IMG/VR virus record: IMGVR_UViG_3300018080_000024
Location: 1-55,666 of that record
Direction: 5' to 3' (one strand)
Origin: a virus
Taxonomy: Duplodnaviria > Caudoviricetes
DNA: 55,666 bases
A program made the position numbers and the translations under genes. The notes under the pieces are model-generated. The model was not told the origin of the DNA. It did not search any database and was given only the letters and a program-made list of their open reading frames with translations. Of this stretch, positions 1 through 10,358 are shown piece after piece (position 1 is the stretch's first letter; every line of letters starts with the position of its first letter).

Positions 1-123
1 CCACTGGACGTCAAGCGGATTCACCAGCGGCCCCGGCGCGACGGTCATGGCGAACTGCGTGGCGGTGCTAGACGAGTCGCACTGGTTCGTCGGCTTTGAG
101 AACGGGGATGTGTACTACACCCG
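1..123. repeat. Terminal direct repeat (circular assembly overlap), left copy
   Basis: Bases 1-123 are identical to 55544-55666; the ORF starting at 54450 stays in frame through the join. Confidence 0.97.
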
Positions 124-448
124 CAATCAAGGCGCAGCCTGGGCAGAGCGAGCAATCCGCGTTCCCGCTAGCGGCACTCTCGTCACCGTTGACGACATCT
201 ATGCCCTGGACCGCTATGTGCTGTTCCTGGCCTTCGGCTACAGCATCAGCGGCCCGGCGTACTATGCGGGCATTCAGCGGTCGCGCAACGGCGGCATGGA
301 CTGGGACCTGTGGACGACACCGGACGCCCTGGACGACAACAGCTACTACCTCCCGGGCATGTACGTCTGTCACGCCAACCGGGCCCTTGCCGTGGGCAAT
401 ACCGAGACGACCAGCTACATCTTTGAAGTGGTCAACACCGTCGGCTAG
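2..448 (+). CDS. C-terminal part of probable major tail (tube) protein with Asp-box/BNR beta-propeller; continues from 54450
   Basis: In frame with 54450..55666 across the join; Asp-box-like motifs YTRNQGAAW and RSRNGGMDW; lies just upstream of chaperones and tape measure. Confidence 0.75.
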   Translation, partial: HWTSSGFTSGPGATVMANCVAVLDESHWFVGFENGDVYYTRNQGAAWAERAIRVPASGTLVTVDDIYALDRYVLFLAFGYSISGPAYYAGIQRSRNGGMDWDLWTTPDALDDNSYYLPGMYVCHANRALAVGNTETTSYIFEVVNTVG

Positions 449-455
449 ACGCGAC

Positions 456-561
456 GGGTTTGATAGGATGCGCTTCTAACGGCTACAAGGGCCAGCGCAC
501 CGGGGCGCCGCATCCCGCCTAACGGTCGTTGGCCCTTGAGCAAACCCCATGAAAGGATGCG
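456..561 (+). promoter_or_regulatory. Structured intergenic RNA leader (long hairpin with loop-flank pseudoknot potential) before tail chaperone gene
   Basis: Stems 456-462/541-547, 486-497/527-538, 499-502/523-526, 503-507/516-520. Loop CGCATCC (509-515) is complementary to GGATGCG at 466-472 and at 555-561, the latter overlapping the SD. Confidence 0.5.
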
Positions 562-567
562 AACATC

Positions 568-1311
568 ATGCCGAATCGCCGCGACCTAGAGAAAGAGATT
601 CGCACCAAGCCGGACCGCCTCCTCACGCACAGTGGCCTGGATCTCACGCTCAAGCCCGTGCCGCAGGTGGTCCTCCAAGCGTACCTGCTCAAGGCCGAAT
701 CGGAGGCGCGTGAGGCAGGCTGGGCCATCGATCCGCCGACCTATCAACTGACGGTGGGCGGCCCGCCGGAGTTTTATCAATCGAGGGGACAGCCAGTCCC
801 TGTCGAGGAGTACCCACACGCCTACGATCCCGAAAACGGCGTCAACACGCTCGATGTCGAGGACTCGGAGGAGACGCGGCGCAACTGGGCGGCGTGGCGA
901 GCACACCAGGACGCGCTCAAGCGACTGGAGGCCATCCAAGAGGACCGGGCAACCCTAGCCAATTATGTGTTCGGCGTGGACATCAAGCCCGACCAGATAC
1001 CGGACGAGGATGACCCCGAGTGGGTGAGCCTAGAGGACACGCTCGACATAATCGGCCTAGAGATGCCGGAGAAGCGCCGCGAGCGGCTAGGCTACTGGCT
1101 GCTGTACGGCGGCAAGATCGATCTGTTCGAGTCGCAGCTGATCCTCGCCAAGATTCAGTTCCTGACCATCGCATCGTCCGTGGAGCCGGACGATGTGACC
1201 TCGTTTCTACGACGCGTTACTGCCGCAATGGACCAGCGCGCGAAGGACGCCATGGCAGACGCGATTGCCGGCATCGAGTCGATCGTGGCTGATGCCGATG
1301 AGTCTGATTGA
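568..1311 (+). CDS. Putative tail assembly chaperone
   Basis: 247 aa acidic helical ORF with SD AAAGGA, between tail tube and tape measure genes (synteny). Confidence 0.55.
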   Translation: MPNRRDLEKEIRTKPDRLLTHSGLDLTLKPVPQVVLQAYLLKAESEAREAGWAIDPPTYQLTVGGPPEFYQSRGQPVPVEEYPHAYDPENGVNTLDVEDSEETRRNWAAWRAHQDALKRLEAIQEDRATLANYVFGVDIKPDQIPDEDDPEWVSLEDTLDIIGLEMPEKRRERLGYWLLYGGKIDLFESQLILAKIQFLTIASSVEPDDVTSFLRRVTAAMDQRAKDAMADAIAGIESIVADADESD

Positions 1312-1492
1312 GCTCAACACCATGAAGGCGCGGGGCTATCGTGACCCGCGTGAGTGGTGGGCACTACCGGCCTGGGTGCGAGCGCTGCTGATAGCGCACG
1401 AGCGAGTCCTTGCGGACATGGAGACGTGGGAGACGGAGCAGGCGCGCCGCGACGCCAAGAAAAGCCGCCCGCCGAGCGCGTCCTACTGGTAG
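1298..1492 (+). CDS. Putative second tail assembly chaperone (gpT-like position)
   Basis: 64 aa ORF (P-R-E-W-W-A-L-P motif) overlapping the chaperone stop, directly upstream of the tape measure gene. Confidence 0.5.
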   Translation: MSLIELNTMKARGYRDPREWWALPAWVRALLIAHERVLADMETWETEQARRDAKKSRPPSASYW

Positions 1493-1510
1493 CACGATCT
1501 AGGGAGTACC

Positions 1511-4500
1511 GTGGCACTTCAGAAAATCGGCCTCGCAACGGTCCTCGATGACCAGGGCTTTGGGAAGGGCTCCGCGGCCTACAACAAGGCCATAAAGGGC
1601 ATGGAGGAAAACACCGACCGTGCCGCCAAGGGCATCGGGGCGGGGCTCAAGAAGATCGCGCAATTCGCCGCTGGCAACCTCCTTGCGGGCGGCATCCAAG
1701 GCCTCGCGCAGCAGACGATTGAGATGGTGAAGGCGGCGGGGCAGATCCCCGGCGTCGCCGGTGCTTTCGAAGGGTTGGGCGGCTCCATCGAGCGGATGCG
1801 CGAAGCATCACTGGGCATGGTGACCGACATCGAGCTGATGAAGACGTTCAACTCCGCCGCCCAGCTCGTCTCCACCGACTTTGCCCAGAAGCTGCCCGAC
1901 GCCATGTCCATGCTGTCGAAGGTGAGCGCGGCCACCGGCGAGGACATGGGCTTCATGCTCGACTCGCTGGTCAAGGGCGTTGGGCGTCTGAGCCCGATGA
2001 TCCTGGACAACCTCGGGATCCAGGTCAACCTCACCGAAGCCAACGAAGCCTACGCCGCCTCCATCGGCAAGAGCGCCAAGGACCTGACCAAGGCCGAGCA
2101 GCAGACCGCTGTGATGAACATGACCATGGAGAAGCTGGCTATCAACACGGCCTCCATGCCCAGCATCGCCGGTACCGCCGGACAACAGATGGCCAGCTTC
2201 GGCGTCCAGGTCCAGAACCTCCGCAACGACATTGGCGTGGCGCTCCTGCCGGTCATGTCGGCGGTCATGAGCGTTATGGCACAGCTGGCGTCGAAGGTGT
2301 TTCCGCTGCTCGTGAAAGCCGCGCAAGGGCTTTCGTCGGCGCTCATGGCGGTGTGGAATGCTGGCTCACGGTTTGGCGGCCTAGTCGCTGAGATAGGCGG
2401 GTTGCTCCCCGGCTTCGTCAAGGAGTTCGTTGCCCTCAAGGACTCCGGCTTCGATCCGCTGCGCCGGGCGTGGGTCGCGTTTATCAATGTCCTTGGTGGA
2501 GAGCGCTTCTTCCAGCTCAAGGCGCATTTTGACGCGGCGCGCAAGTCAGTCGAGGAGCTGATCAGCAAGGCGCTGAATCCGGTACAGACGGCCTTTGAGC
2601 TCCTCGAGGGCAAGGTGCCAACGCCGGTGCTGTTCCGCCTCGCCCAGGCCGTCTATCGCGTCCGAGACGCATTCATCAATGCGGTGGGCTTCGCCAAGGA
2701 GTTCATAGGCTCGCTCGACATCACCTTGCCGCAGCTCCCGGACCTGAGCACGCTGTTCACGCAAGGCGCGTCAGCGGGTGGCGGCCTCATTGACGCCATC
2801 ATTGGCAGCGACCCGGCGCAGCTGCTCATGGATCGGTTGAGCGGGCTGGCCGAGCCGATCATCACTGCCGTCACCACCACCTTCGAGGAGGTCAAGGCCG
2901 CGCTATCGTCCGGCGATGCGGGCGGCGTCCTGGCCGCGCTCTTTGGTGGGGCGCAGGAAATCGGACCGCTCATCGCCGGACTGAAGCCCAAGCTCATCGG
3001 CGTGGCTTTTGAGCTAGCAGACAGCCTCGCCGTGGCGCTAGCTGAGGCGTTTCCCGACCTGGCCCCGACCATCGAGGAGTTCATACGTCCGGCGCTAGAC
3101 ATCGGCAAGCGCCTCGCCGGACTGTTCTTTGACGCCCAAAAGCTCGTCAAGGGCGCCGTCATGAAGATCGGCGAGAGCATCGGCGGCACGCTGCTCGAGA
3201 GCCTCCCCGACGTCATGAACATTCTCGGGAAACTGGGGACGCTGTTCGAGTCCACCTTCCGCTCCTTGCTCCCCGTCGTCACCACTGCCATCACCACCAT
3301 CGGCAGCATATTCGAGCGCGTGTTCCCCGTCGTTCTCAGCACCGTCCAGCGCGTCATCCCCGTAGTCCAGAGCATCATCGAGAACATGGCCCCCGTCGTG
3401 GTGAAGGCCATCCAGATCGTCGGCAACATCTTTGAGAAGGTCGTGCCCTTCGCCATGGACCTGATTGCTCGCATGGCGGAGTTCATCGGCTCTAAGATGC
3501 CCCAGATCGCAGCCATCATCACTGCGGCGCTCGAAGCCATCAAGATCGTCTTTGATACGGTTTGGCCCGCCGTCCAGGTCATCGTCGAGGTCGCGTGGAC
3601 GGCGATCCAGAGCCTCATCAGCGGCGCTCTCAACATCATCCAGCACATCATCAATACCGTGCTCGCCGTCCTCCAAGGCGATTGGGACGCAGCGTGGCAG
3701 GCGATCAAGCAGGTTCCGGGCGAGGTGCTCACGGCGGTCGCGGGCGTGCTGGGCGGCATCCTGGACGGCATCCTCAAGATATTCGGGACCAACAAAGAGG
3801 ACCTGTGGACGACCATCACCGAGACATGGGAAGGGCTCAAGAGCAAGATCGAGACCAAGGCCGGTGAAATCGTCTCTGCGATCACCACCAAAGTGGCGGA
3901 GTGGACGAAGCCGGTACGGAACCTAATCGCGACGTTCAAAGGGCTAGGCGAGGACATCATGGGCGGCCTGAAGGCGGGACTGGAGGCCGCATGGAGCAAC
4001 GTTGAGCAGGTGTTCACCAAGCTCATTGAGCTCCTCCCCGCGTGGGCACAGAAGTTGCTGAAATCGGAGTCGCCCTCGCAGGTGTTCTGGGACATCGGTG
4101 CGGACATCATGGAGGGGCTCGCCAACGGCATGAGCGACAGCGAGGCTAAGGTCCTCAAGATCATCGCCGATGCCGTTGAGGATTTCATCGAGGCGTTCGA
4201 TCAGTTTGTGCGCACGATTCAGCTAGCCCAAGACATGAGTATCGAGCCGGACAGCTTCTTTTCGTTGCAATGGCTAGAGAACTTCGCCGGGGCCATCACC
4301 TCCATCTTGGAGGAGGTCAAAAACGCCCTCGCGGCCTACAAAGAGGGCGACATCAAGCGCTGGAAGGGCAAGCTCAGTGAGCTCGTTGGCGTGATAGAGG
4401 CGCTGGCAAGCAGCATGGAGGCCATCGCCAAGATCACCGGCAATCTAGACCTCGACGCGAACGTATTCGACGAGGCATTTTTCACTGTCACGCTGTCCGG

Positions 4501-7042
4501 CCTACGCGACGATCTGGCACGTGTGGCTGGCATTCTTGCCGAGCTGACCACCACCGTCACTAACGAAACAGCGAAGGCGCAGGCGGAGTTCTGGGCTGCC
4601 ACAAACGCGCTCGTGACGAACTTTGTCGCCGGTGCCGAGGCATTAAGCCAGCTGGTCAGTCTGGACCTCGGCGTCGAGATGGAGGGCGGCTGGGAGGCAT
4701 TCGAGTCAGCGTTGCTACAGACAAAAGAGGATCTGGAGCGCGTCGCGGGCATGCTAGACGACCTGGCCACTACCACTGACACCAAGGCCACGGCAGCCGC
4801 TGGAGAATGGTACAACGCCATACAGGGCGCGATATCTGGGTTCCTCACAGCATTCGAAGGACTCAAAAGGCTCAGCGAGGTAGCGTGGGTCAGGCCATCG
4901 CAAGTGGAATGGCTCACCATGCAATTATCAATCCGTGCCATGAACCTATATCTAGAGGCCTTGGCTCCACTTTTGGATGCGGGCACAGAGGCGCTGACGG
5001 CCATCGTTACAAATAGTGCGGCATTCTATGGTGCCATCGCAGATGCCGTCTCCGGGTTCATCGCGGCATTTCAAGGGCTCTACAACCTGACCACAGCATC
5101 CTGGATGGGGCCGACACGACTTCAATGGCTCACCATGCAGCTCACGATTCGGGCTATCAAGGTCAATCTAGAGGCGCTCGTCCCGCTTTTGGAGGCCGGG
5201 ACTGAGGCATCGACTACCATCGCCACGACTAGCGGGGCCTTTTACTCTGCTGTTGACCAGGCCATATCCGGCTTCTTGGAAGCTATGGATGAATTGAAGG
5301 CGCTCACTGAAGCCGCTTGGATGGGGCCAACGCGCCTGGAATGGCTCACCATAGAGCTCACGATCCAGGCTATCAAGGTCAATCTAGAGGCGCTCGTCCC
5401 GCTTTTGGAGGCCGGGACTGAGGCGTTGACTACCATCGCCACGACTAGCGGGACATTCTATGGCGCCGTAAGCGGAGTGATAGAGGGGTTCCTCAGCGCG
5501 TTCGCCAATCTGAAGGAGCTTGCGAAGGCGGCCTGGATGGGGCCAACGCGTCTGGAATGGTTCACCATGCAGCTCACAATCCAGGCTATCAAGATCAATC
5601 TAGAGGCGCTCGTGCCGCTATTGGAGGCGGGAACTGAGGAGCTAATCACGCTGGCCACGGCATCGGCCGGATTCTATGACGCGGCCAACGCGGTCATTGG
5701 CGGATTCCTGGCAGCGTTCCAGGCACTCAAAGAGTTCTACTCTACCGATTATGCGCTGCCCAACGTCTTAGAGCGCAGTGGATGGATCGACGACCTGCGA
5801 CTGGCCATCGAAGGACTAGCGACTGGCCTGTCGACACTCAGCCCTGATCTTGACGTCGATGCCGTATCTGCTGCTGCGGAGTTTTATTCCGACGTTCAAA
5901 CCATCATCGGGATCGTCAAGCCCGCCCTTGAGGCGCTGCGCGCTCTGGCTTTGTACGTGCCCTATCTGAGGCTGCCCGAGGCGATGGAAAACTTCAAAAC
6001 CGACTTGACCACGCTGGTGACCAAGCTCAGAGAGGTGGCCGACAGTTTCATGGGTACCGGAGAGGAGCCGACCGGACCGATGGAGGCCTCGGCGGCTATT
6101 GCTACAGCCATCGGGACAATGATCGGGATCGTAAAGCCTGCCATCGACGCCGTGAAAGCGCTGCTTGGGTATACGTCGTCGGTGAATCTACCCCAGGAGC
6201 TAGCTGATTTTGAGGCGGACCTACGGCTAGTGATTGGCAGCATCAAGAGGCTCGCCGACGATTATCGGGACAGCCTGATAAATGCAGAAGCCTTTGCAAC
6301 CACCGCTGGCACGATCATCGGCCTTATCGAGCCTACGTTACAGGCGCTTGCGGCACTAGTCAGTCAGAACAGCGAGGACTACGAGGCCGCTATGGACACG
6401 TTCGAGCGGACCGTCGGCGACATTATCAATACCATCAATCGCGTCCAGGGCGACATGTGGACATACGGCGTGCCACATGCGAAGGCGTTCGAGGCCGCAG
6501 CATTGGCAGTCAAGAATGCCATCGAGAAGGCGCTGAGCTACCTCAACGTGACCTTCGAGCCCTTCTTCACCCGCGGCGCATCCAGCCTAGGGCACCTCAT
6601 CGCGTCACTGGGTGAGCTGGAGGACAAGGGCGGGGGCGCTCTCAAACGATTCCGCAATGGCGCCGTGAGTGATTTCAATGACATCACGACGGCTGTCCGT
6701 GCGCTCATCACCGAGGTCGGAGCGTTGAATAGGGCGCTAGACGACGTTGATGTGCCGCCAGAGCTCGAAGGGCACAGCCCGCCACCGCTCGCTGACTGGA
6801 TGGGCCAAGTGGCGGATCAGGCCGAGAGAGCAGGCTCGGCCATGCGTCGCCTGATGATGCCCCAGCCGATGCTCATCCCCGCCCGAGTCTACAGGGGCGC
6901 AGGCGCTGGCGGGGGAACGACTACGAACAACAATGCGGCGGTGAACATCTACAACCCCTCGATGAGATCCGATGCGGATATGGTGGCGATTGAGTCGCGA
7001 ATCGAGCACACGGTTCTGCGCGCTTTGAGGAGGAAGGTCTGA
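1511..7042 (+). CDS. Tape measure protein
   Basis: 1843 aa Ala/Gly/Leu-rich helical protein; TMP-like GVGRLSPMILDNLGI core, Trp/Phe-spaced repeats (GDWDAAW), SPS motif; position in tail module. Confidence 0.92.
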   Translation: MALQKIGLATVLDDQGFGKGSAAYNKAIKGMEENTDRAAKGIGAGLKKIAQFAAGNLLAGGIQGLAQQTIEMVKAAGQIPGVAGAFEGLGGSIERMREASLGMVTDIELMKTFNSAAQLVSTDFAQKLPDAMSMLSKVSAATGEDMGFMLDSLVKGVGRLSPMILDNLGIQVNLTEANEAYAASIGKSAKDLTKAEQQTAVMNMTMEKLAINTASMPSIAGTAGQQMASFGVQVQNLRNDIGVALLPVMSAVMSVMAQLASKVFPLLVKAAQGLSSALMAVWNAGSRFGGLVAEIGGLLPGFVKEFVALKDSGFDPLRRAWVAFINVLGGERFFQLKAHFDAARKSVEELISKALNPVQTAFELLEGKVPTPVLFRLAQAVYRVRDAFINAVGFAKEFIGSLDITLPQLPDLSTLFTQGASAGGGLIDAIIGSDPAQLLMDRLSGLAEPIITAVTTTFEEVKAALSSGDAGGVLAALFGGAQEIGPLIAGLKPKLIGVAFELADSLAVALAEAFPDLAPTIEEFIRPALDIGKRLAGLFFDAQKLVKGAVMKIGESIGGTLLESLPDVMNILGKLGTLFESTFRSLLPVVTTAITTIGSIFERVFPVVLSTVQRVIPVVQSIIENMAPVVVKAIQIVGNIFEKVVPFAMDLIARMAEFIGSKMPQIAAIITAALEAIKIVFDTVWPAVQVIVEVAWTAIQSLISGALNIIQHIINTVLAVLQGDWDAAWQAIKQVPGEVLTAVAGVLGGILDGILKIFGTNKEDLWTTITETWEGLKSKIETKAGEIVSAITTKVAEWTKPVRNLIATFKGLGEDIMGGLKAGLEAAWSNVEQVFTKLIELLPAWAQKLLKSESPSQVFWDIGADIMEGLANGMSDSEAKVLKIIADAVEDFIEAFDQFVRTIQLAQDMSIEPDSFFSLQWLENFAGAITSILEEVKNALAAYKEGDIKRWKGKLSELVGVIEALASSMEAIAKITGNLDLDANVFDEAFFTVTLSGLRDDLARVAGILAELTTTVTNETAKAQAEFWAATNALVTNFVAGAEALSQLVSLDLGVEMEGGWEAFESALLQTKEDLERVAGMLDDLATTTDTKATAAAGEWYNAIQGAISGFLTAFEGLKRLSEVAWVRPSQVEWLTMQLSIRAMNLYLEALAPLLDAGTEALTAIVTNSAAFYGAIADAVSGFIAAFQGLYNLTTASWMGPTRLQWLTMQLTIRAIKVNLEALVPLLEAGTEASTTIATTSGAFYSAVDQAISGFLEAMDELKALTEAAWMGPTRLEWLTIELTIQAIKVNLEALVPLLEAGTEALTTIATTSGTFYGAVSGVIEGFLSAFANLKELAKAAWMGPTRLEWFTMQLTIQAIKINLEALVPLLEAGTEELITLATASAGFYDAANAVIGGFLAAFQALKEFYSTDYALPNVLERSGWIDDLRLAIEGLATGLSTLSPDLDVDAVSAAAEFYSDVQTIIGIVKPALEALRALALYVPYLRLPEAMENFKTDLTTLVTKLREVADSFMGTGEEPTGPMEASAAIATAIGTMIGIVKPAIDAVKALLGYTSSVNLPQELADFEADLRLVIGSIKRLADDYRDSLINAEAFATTAGTIIGLIEPTLQALAALVSQNSEDYEAAMDTFERTVGDIINTINRVQGDMWTYGVPHAKAFEAAALAVKNAIEKALSYLNVTFEPFFTRGASSLGHLIASLGELEDKGGGALKRFRNGAVSDFNDITTAVRALITEVGALNRALDDVDVPPELEGHSPPPLADWMGQVADQAERAGSAMRRLMMPQPMLIPARVYRGAGAGGGTTTNNNAAVNIYNPSMRSDADMVAIESRIEHTVLRALRRKV
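4886..5749 (+). repeat. Four 216-bp (72-aa) tandem repeats inside tape measure gene
   Basis: Trp codons of WVRPSQVEW / WMGPTRL(Q/E)W at 4886, 5102, 5318 and 5534, exactly 216 bp apart; shared TCTAGAGGC (LEAL) segment. Confidence 0.9.
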
Positions 7043-9144
7043 TGGCCACACCGTTGCTAACGCTCACGGACGGGACGGTTCGCGTCGACCTGTTGCGGCC
7101 ACCGTTTCACGTTCGGGATGTGTTCCGCCAAGCACGCCCGCTATGGAAAGGCGGCGGAGCGTGGCGCGACTCGCCACTGGCAGACGGGCGATCCCTGGCC
7201 TCGCGACGGCTGACCAATATCACCTTCGAGATTCCGTTCGTACTCAATCGTGGCTGTGACGATAGCCTTTGGGCGGAGTGGGCGGCGTTGTTGGCCTTGT
7301 TGGAGAAGGGTGTCTCCTACTGGACCACGTGGCAGCAAGACGAGCCCGTCTGGTTGGAGCGGCGCTCTGGACGAGAGACAGGGATCGCCTACGCCATCAT
7401 CAAAGGGTTCGCGATCCCAGACGTGGACGATCCGGTCCATCTGTCGCAGACGTTCCGACAGCGGAATATCAGTTCCAGCCTCTATCTTGAGCTTGGAATA
7501 TGGCAGAGCGAACCGCCTGGCGAAGGCCACGCCATCGAGATCAGCAGTCGGTATACCGACCTCGACAGCAACACACAGGGCAGAGCGGCGACGACGTTGC
7601 CCGAGGTGTACGTAGGCAACAAACACGTCATGGCCAGCCTGACTGATATCTACAACTGGACGAGCCCTGGCGGGCCATTCTCAGCTAACCTGCTCGGAGC
7701 AGCGCTGCCCTTCGACATTTTCCCGGGCGGAGCGGCGGGACCGGGTAACGGCGACATCATGTACTTTGGGATCGACACGGTAACCTACGCCGACGCCGGG
7801 CCATTCGACTCGCTCGTGTTCGACATTCTCACTGCCGCCACGTATGGCGCTGGCGATTTCGTCACATGGGAATATTGGAATGGCGCGTGGGTAAATCTAA
7901 CCTCCCTCGACTGGACAGCGCATCCGAATGGGATCCTCGACGTCAGCGGGCCTGATACCCAACCATTCGTTGCTACAGGCACGGGGACAGTGGTTTGGTC
8001 TCCTCCGAGCGACTGGGCGACGGTTGCAGTGAATGGCGTGACCGGATACTGGGTGCGCGCCGTCGTAACAGAAGCTGCGGGTATCACGCGGGCGCAGCAA
8101 CAGAACCGCGATATCTACACCATCGTCAATCCATTTTTTGAGGTGGACGAAGCGCAAATCGACGGCGACTATCCTGCTCTGGCGCAATATATGATGCGAC
8201 CTCGTAGTGACTATTTGTCCAGCCTGGAAGGCTACTTCAATCGCATCATTCTTGGCGGCCGGAAAATGAGCCGAGGGGCCGCGTTCGACGCCTACCTAAA
8301 TCTGAGTGACGTGCAACAGCCGACTGGCCATACGGCCACGCTCAATGGAGCGGGAAGCTGTGCTTGGCAGAGTGACCCGCGAGCGCCTACAGGACGGTGT
8401 ATTCGTTATAATCCTGGCGGGGCAAGTGCTTGGTCCGGTGAATTTGATCATTCTCTGAGCAACGCCTTAGGGCCAGACTATGCCGGGCTTTTTCATGGGT
8501 TCCTACGATATAATCGAGGAGCTGGCGGCGTAAGCAGTGATATTCAGGCGAGGTTTTACACGGCGCTGGGGACCGGCGGATATACATTTTACGACTCCGG
8601 CATCATAGACGTACCCAGCGTAGCGACGTTCGCGGGTTTGCTCGCGTTTGGGCTCCTCGACCTGGGAGTGTTTCGGCTGCCTCCCGGCGCAAGCGTGCCA
8701 CAGGCCGGCCTCACCACGACATATCTGCGAATCGATCTGAAAAGCACAGGCGCGTATACGGCGGACTTTTACGATTTCATTCTCATGCCTGCTGATGAAT
8801 GTTTTATTGATACGCGCGACCCGGTAACATATTTTACTGGGTGCCAGTTCGGACTGACCCTGGGCAGCCTGACCGTACCGCGATCCACGGTAGAGTTGGA
8901 TCAGACCCTAGCATGGGATTCGAGCTCGGGAGCTTTCTACTCGCCCGAGCGGTGGTGGCGTCGATGGCGGGTAGACGCGGCGGTTCCGCTCGTGCTCCAG
9001 ACAGTAGCGGACCAGCGCATCTGGGTCCTGAGTCATAACCTCAATACGGCGGCCTTTACCGACATCCACGCTCCGCCGCACCTGGCCTTGGAGGTGAACG
9101 CAGAGGCCGCGGATCGATACGACGTGGCGCGAGGGAGCCGATAG
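7042..9144 (+). CDS. Tail protein (distal-tail position, with inserted beta-rich domain)
   Basis: 700 aa, coupled to the TMP stop (TGATG); beta-rich, Trp/Gly-rich, GYWVRA motif. Confidence 0.6.
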   Translation: MATPLLTLTDGTVRVDLLRPPFHVRDVFRQARPLWKGGGAWRDSPLADGRSLASRRLTNITFEIPFVLNRGCDDSLWAEWAALLALLEKGVSYWTTWQQDEPVWLERRSGRETGIAYAIIKGFAIPDVDDPVHLSQTFRQRNISSSLYLELGIWQSEPPGEGHAIEISSRYTDLDSNTQGRAATTLPEVYVGNKHVMASLTDIYNWTSPGGPFSANLLGAALPFDIFPGGAAGPGNGDIMYFGIDTVTYADAGPFDSLVFDILTAATYGAGDFVTWEYWNGAWVNLTSLDWTAHPNGILDVSGPDTQPFVATGTGTVVWSPPSDWATVAVNGVTGYWVRAVVTEAAGITRAQQQNRDIYTIVNPFFEVDEAQIDGDYPALAQYMMRPRSDYLSSLEGYFNRIILGGRKMSRGAAFDAYLNLSDVQQPTGHTATLNGAGSCAWQSDPRAPTGRCIRYNPGGASAWSGEFDHSLSNALGPDYAGLFHGFLRYNRGAGGVSSDIQARFYTALGTGGYTFYDSGIIDVPSVATFAGLLAFGLLDLGVFRLPPGASVPQAGLTTTYLRIDLKSTGAYTADFYDFILMPADECFIDTRDPVTYFTGCQFGLTLGSLTVPRSTVELDQTLAWDSSSGAFYSPERWWRRWRVDAAVPLVLQTVADQRIWVLSHNLNTAAFTDIHAPPHLALEVNAEAADRYDVARGSR

Positions 9145-10352
9145 TGGCAGACCTTTCCACGTTTTGGGACTCGCAAGGCTTGAGCGTCACGCTCTACCGG
9201 CCATCGGTAGCATTGACGCCGGGCAGCCCGAACACGGTCATTATCAATCCGCGGGGCCAGCTGCTCGACGATCAGTTTCAGCAACGCCTAACACTTTGGG
9301 AGCACGAAGCCGCGGCCGTGGGCGGATTCACACATGCTCGCGCTCAGCTAGAAATCCAGCCCACGGAAATGGATTGGTGGTTGCAACGACTACTCGGAGC
9401 TCACGTCGAAGTTACCTCCGGCGCAGGCGAGCGTGTGTGGGAGGGCTTCGTGGATCGCCTAGACGTTGTGGTCGGCGGCGCATCAATCACCTACGGTCCG
9501 CTCTCCGCCATTATGAATCGCATGCGGGTCATCTATCAGCGGATTGACACGAGCACCCAACCGCCAACTGGTTATGAACAAGTTATGACGGACCTGGCTG
9601 AGGACAGTGCAAGCCAGGCGCAATTCGGCATCTGGAAAGGCTACACGACCGGAGGCAAGCTGACGACGGCACTGGCGCAAAATCTACGAGACACAGCTTT
9701 GGCGGAGCTCGCATGGCCAAAGTTCAGCCAGAAGATCACCGTCGGCGAGGCGGGCTCAGGAGCCGTCTCGGTAGCCCTGGAGATGTCTGGCTATTATGCT
9801 TACTTGCTCTATCCGTACGAATCTACCACGACCGGGACACAGAACGTAGATACCAAGATCGCAGCGGTATTGGACGCTGATATCAACGGTTTATTCGCCA
9901 GCACGAACGCGATGCTTGCCACAAACACATTGGCGGTGCCTGCGTATGACCACGAGCGGCGGGCGGCGTGGACGGTGCTCAAGGAACTTGTTGGGTATGG
10001 CGACGCCAGCGCCAACGCCTATACGCTACAGGTGCGTGCGGACCGGCAAGTCATTTATGAGCAAGTATCTGACGCGGTAGCCTATGAATTCCGCATTGCG
10101 GCGGAAGCCCAAGAGGTGTTGACTAGCGATCAGACGCGCGTCGAGCTTTGGCAGGTCCGCCCCGGGCGGTGGATGCGCACGAGCGGGATGTTTGTCGGTC
10201 GGCACGATCTCGGGCCATCGCGCCAAGACGTGCGGTATGTCTACATCGAGGGGCTGACGTTCAGTGCCCCGGATCGGCTCGTGGTAAGTGGCGGCGATGT
10301 CGATACATTGCCTGCGATGCTATCCCGTCTCGGCTTGATCAACGCGAGGTAA
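9144..10352 (+). CDS. Tail tip / baseplate hub-like protein
   Basis: 402 aa with VWEGFVD and SQAQFG motifs typical of hub/Tal-position proteins; synteny. Confidence 0.6.
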   Translation: MADLSTFWDSQGLSVTLYRPSVALTPGSPNTVIINPRGQLLDDQFQQRLTLWEHEAAAVGGFTHARAQLEIQPTEMDWWLQRLLGAHVEVTSGAGERVWEGFVDRLDVVVGGASITYGPLSAIMNRMRVIYQRIDTSTQPPTGYEQVMTDLAEDSASQAQFGIWKGYTTGGKLTTALAQNLRDTALAELAWPKFSQKITVGEAGSGAVSVALEMSGYYAYLLYPYESTTTGTQNVDTKIAAVLDADINGLFASTNAMLATNTLAVPAYDHERRAAWTVLKELVGYGDASANAYTLQVRADRQVIYEQVSDAVAYEFRIAAEAQEVLTSDQTRVELWQVRPGRWMRTSGMFVGRHDLGPSRQDVRYVYIEGLTFSAPDRLVVSGGDVDTLPAMLSRLGLINAR

Positions 10353-10358
10353 AAGAGT

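Noticed and set aside
1-123. Biological terminal repeat (fixed genome ends)
   Set aside because: It falls in the middle of a coding sequence and is best explained as assembler overlap of a circular or permuted genome.
1200-1311. Programmed -1 frameshift joining the two tail chaperone ORFs
   Set aside because: The downstream ORF is in the +1 frame and I see no X XXY YYZ slippery heptamer near the stop; an independent ATG at 1298 exists.
2653-4188. Long minus-strand ORFs (for example 511 aa here, 36940-38001, 46329-47276)
   Set aside because: Antisense shadows of GC-rich plus-strand genes, with no RBS or recognisable motifs.
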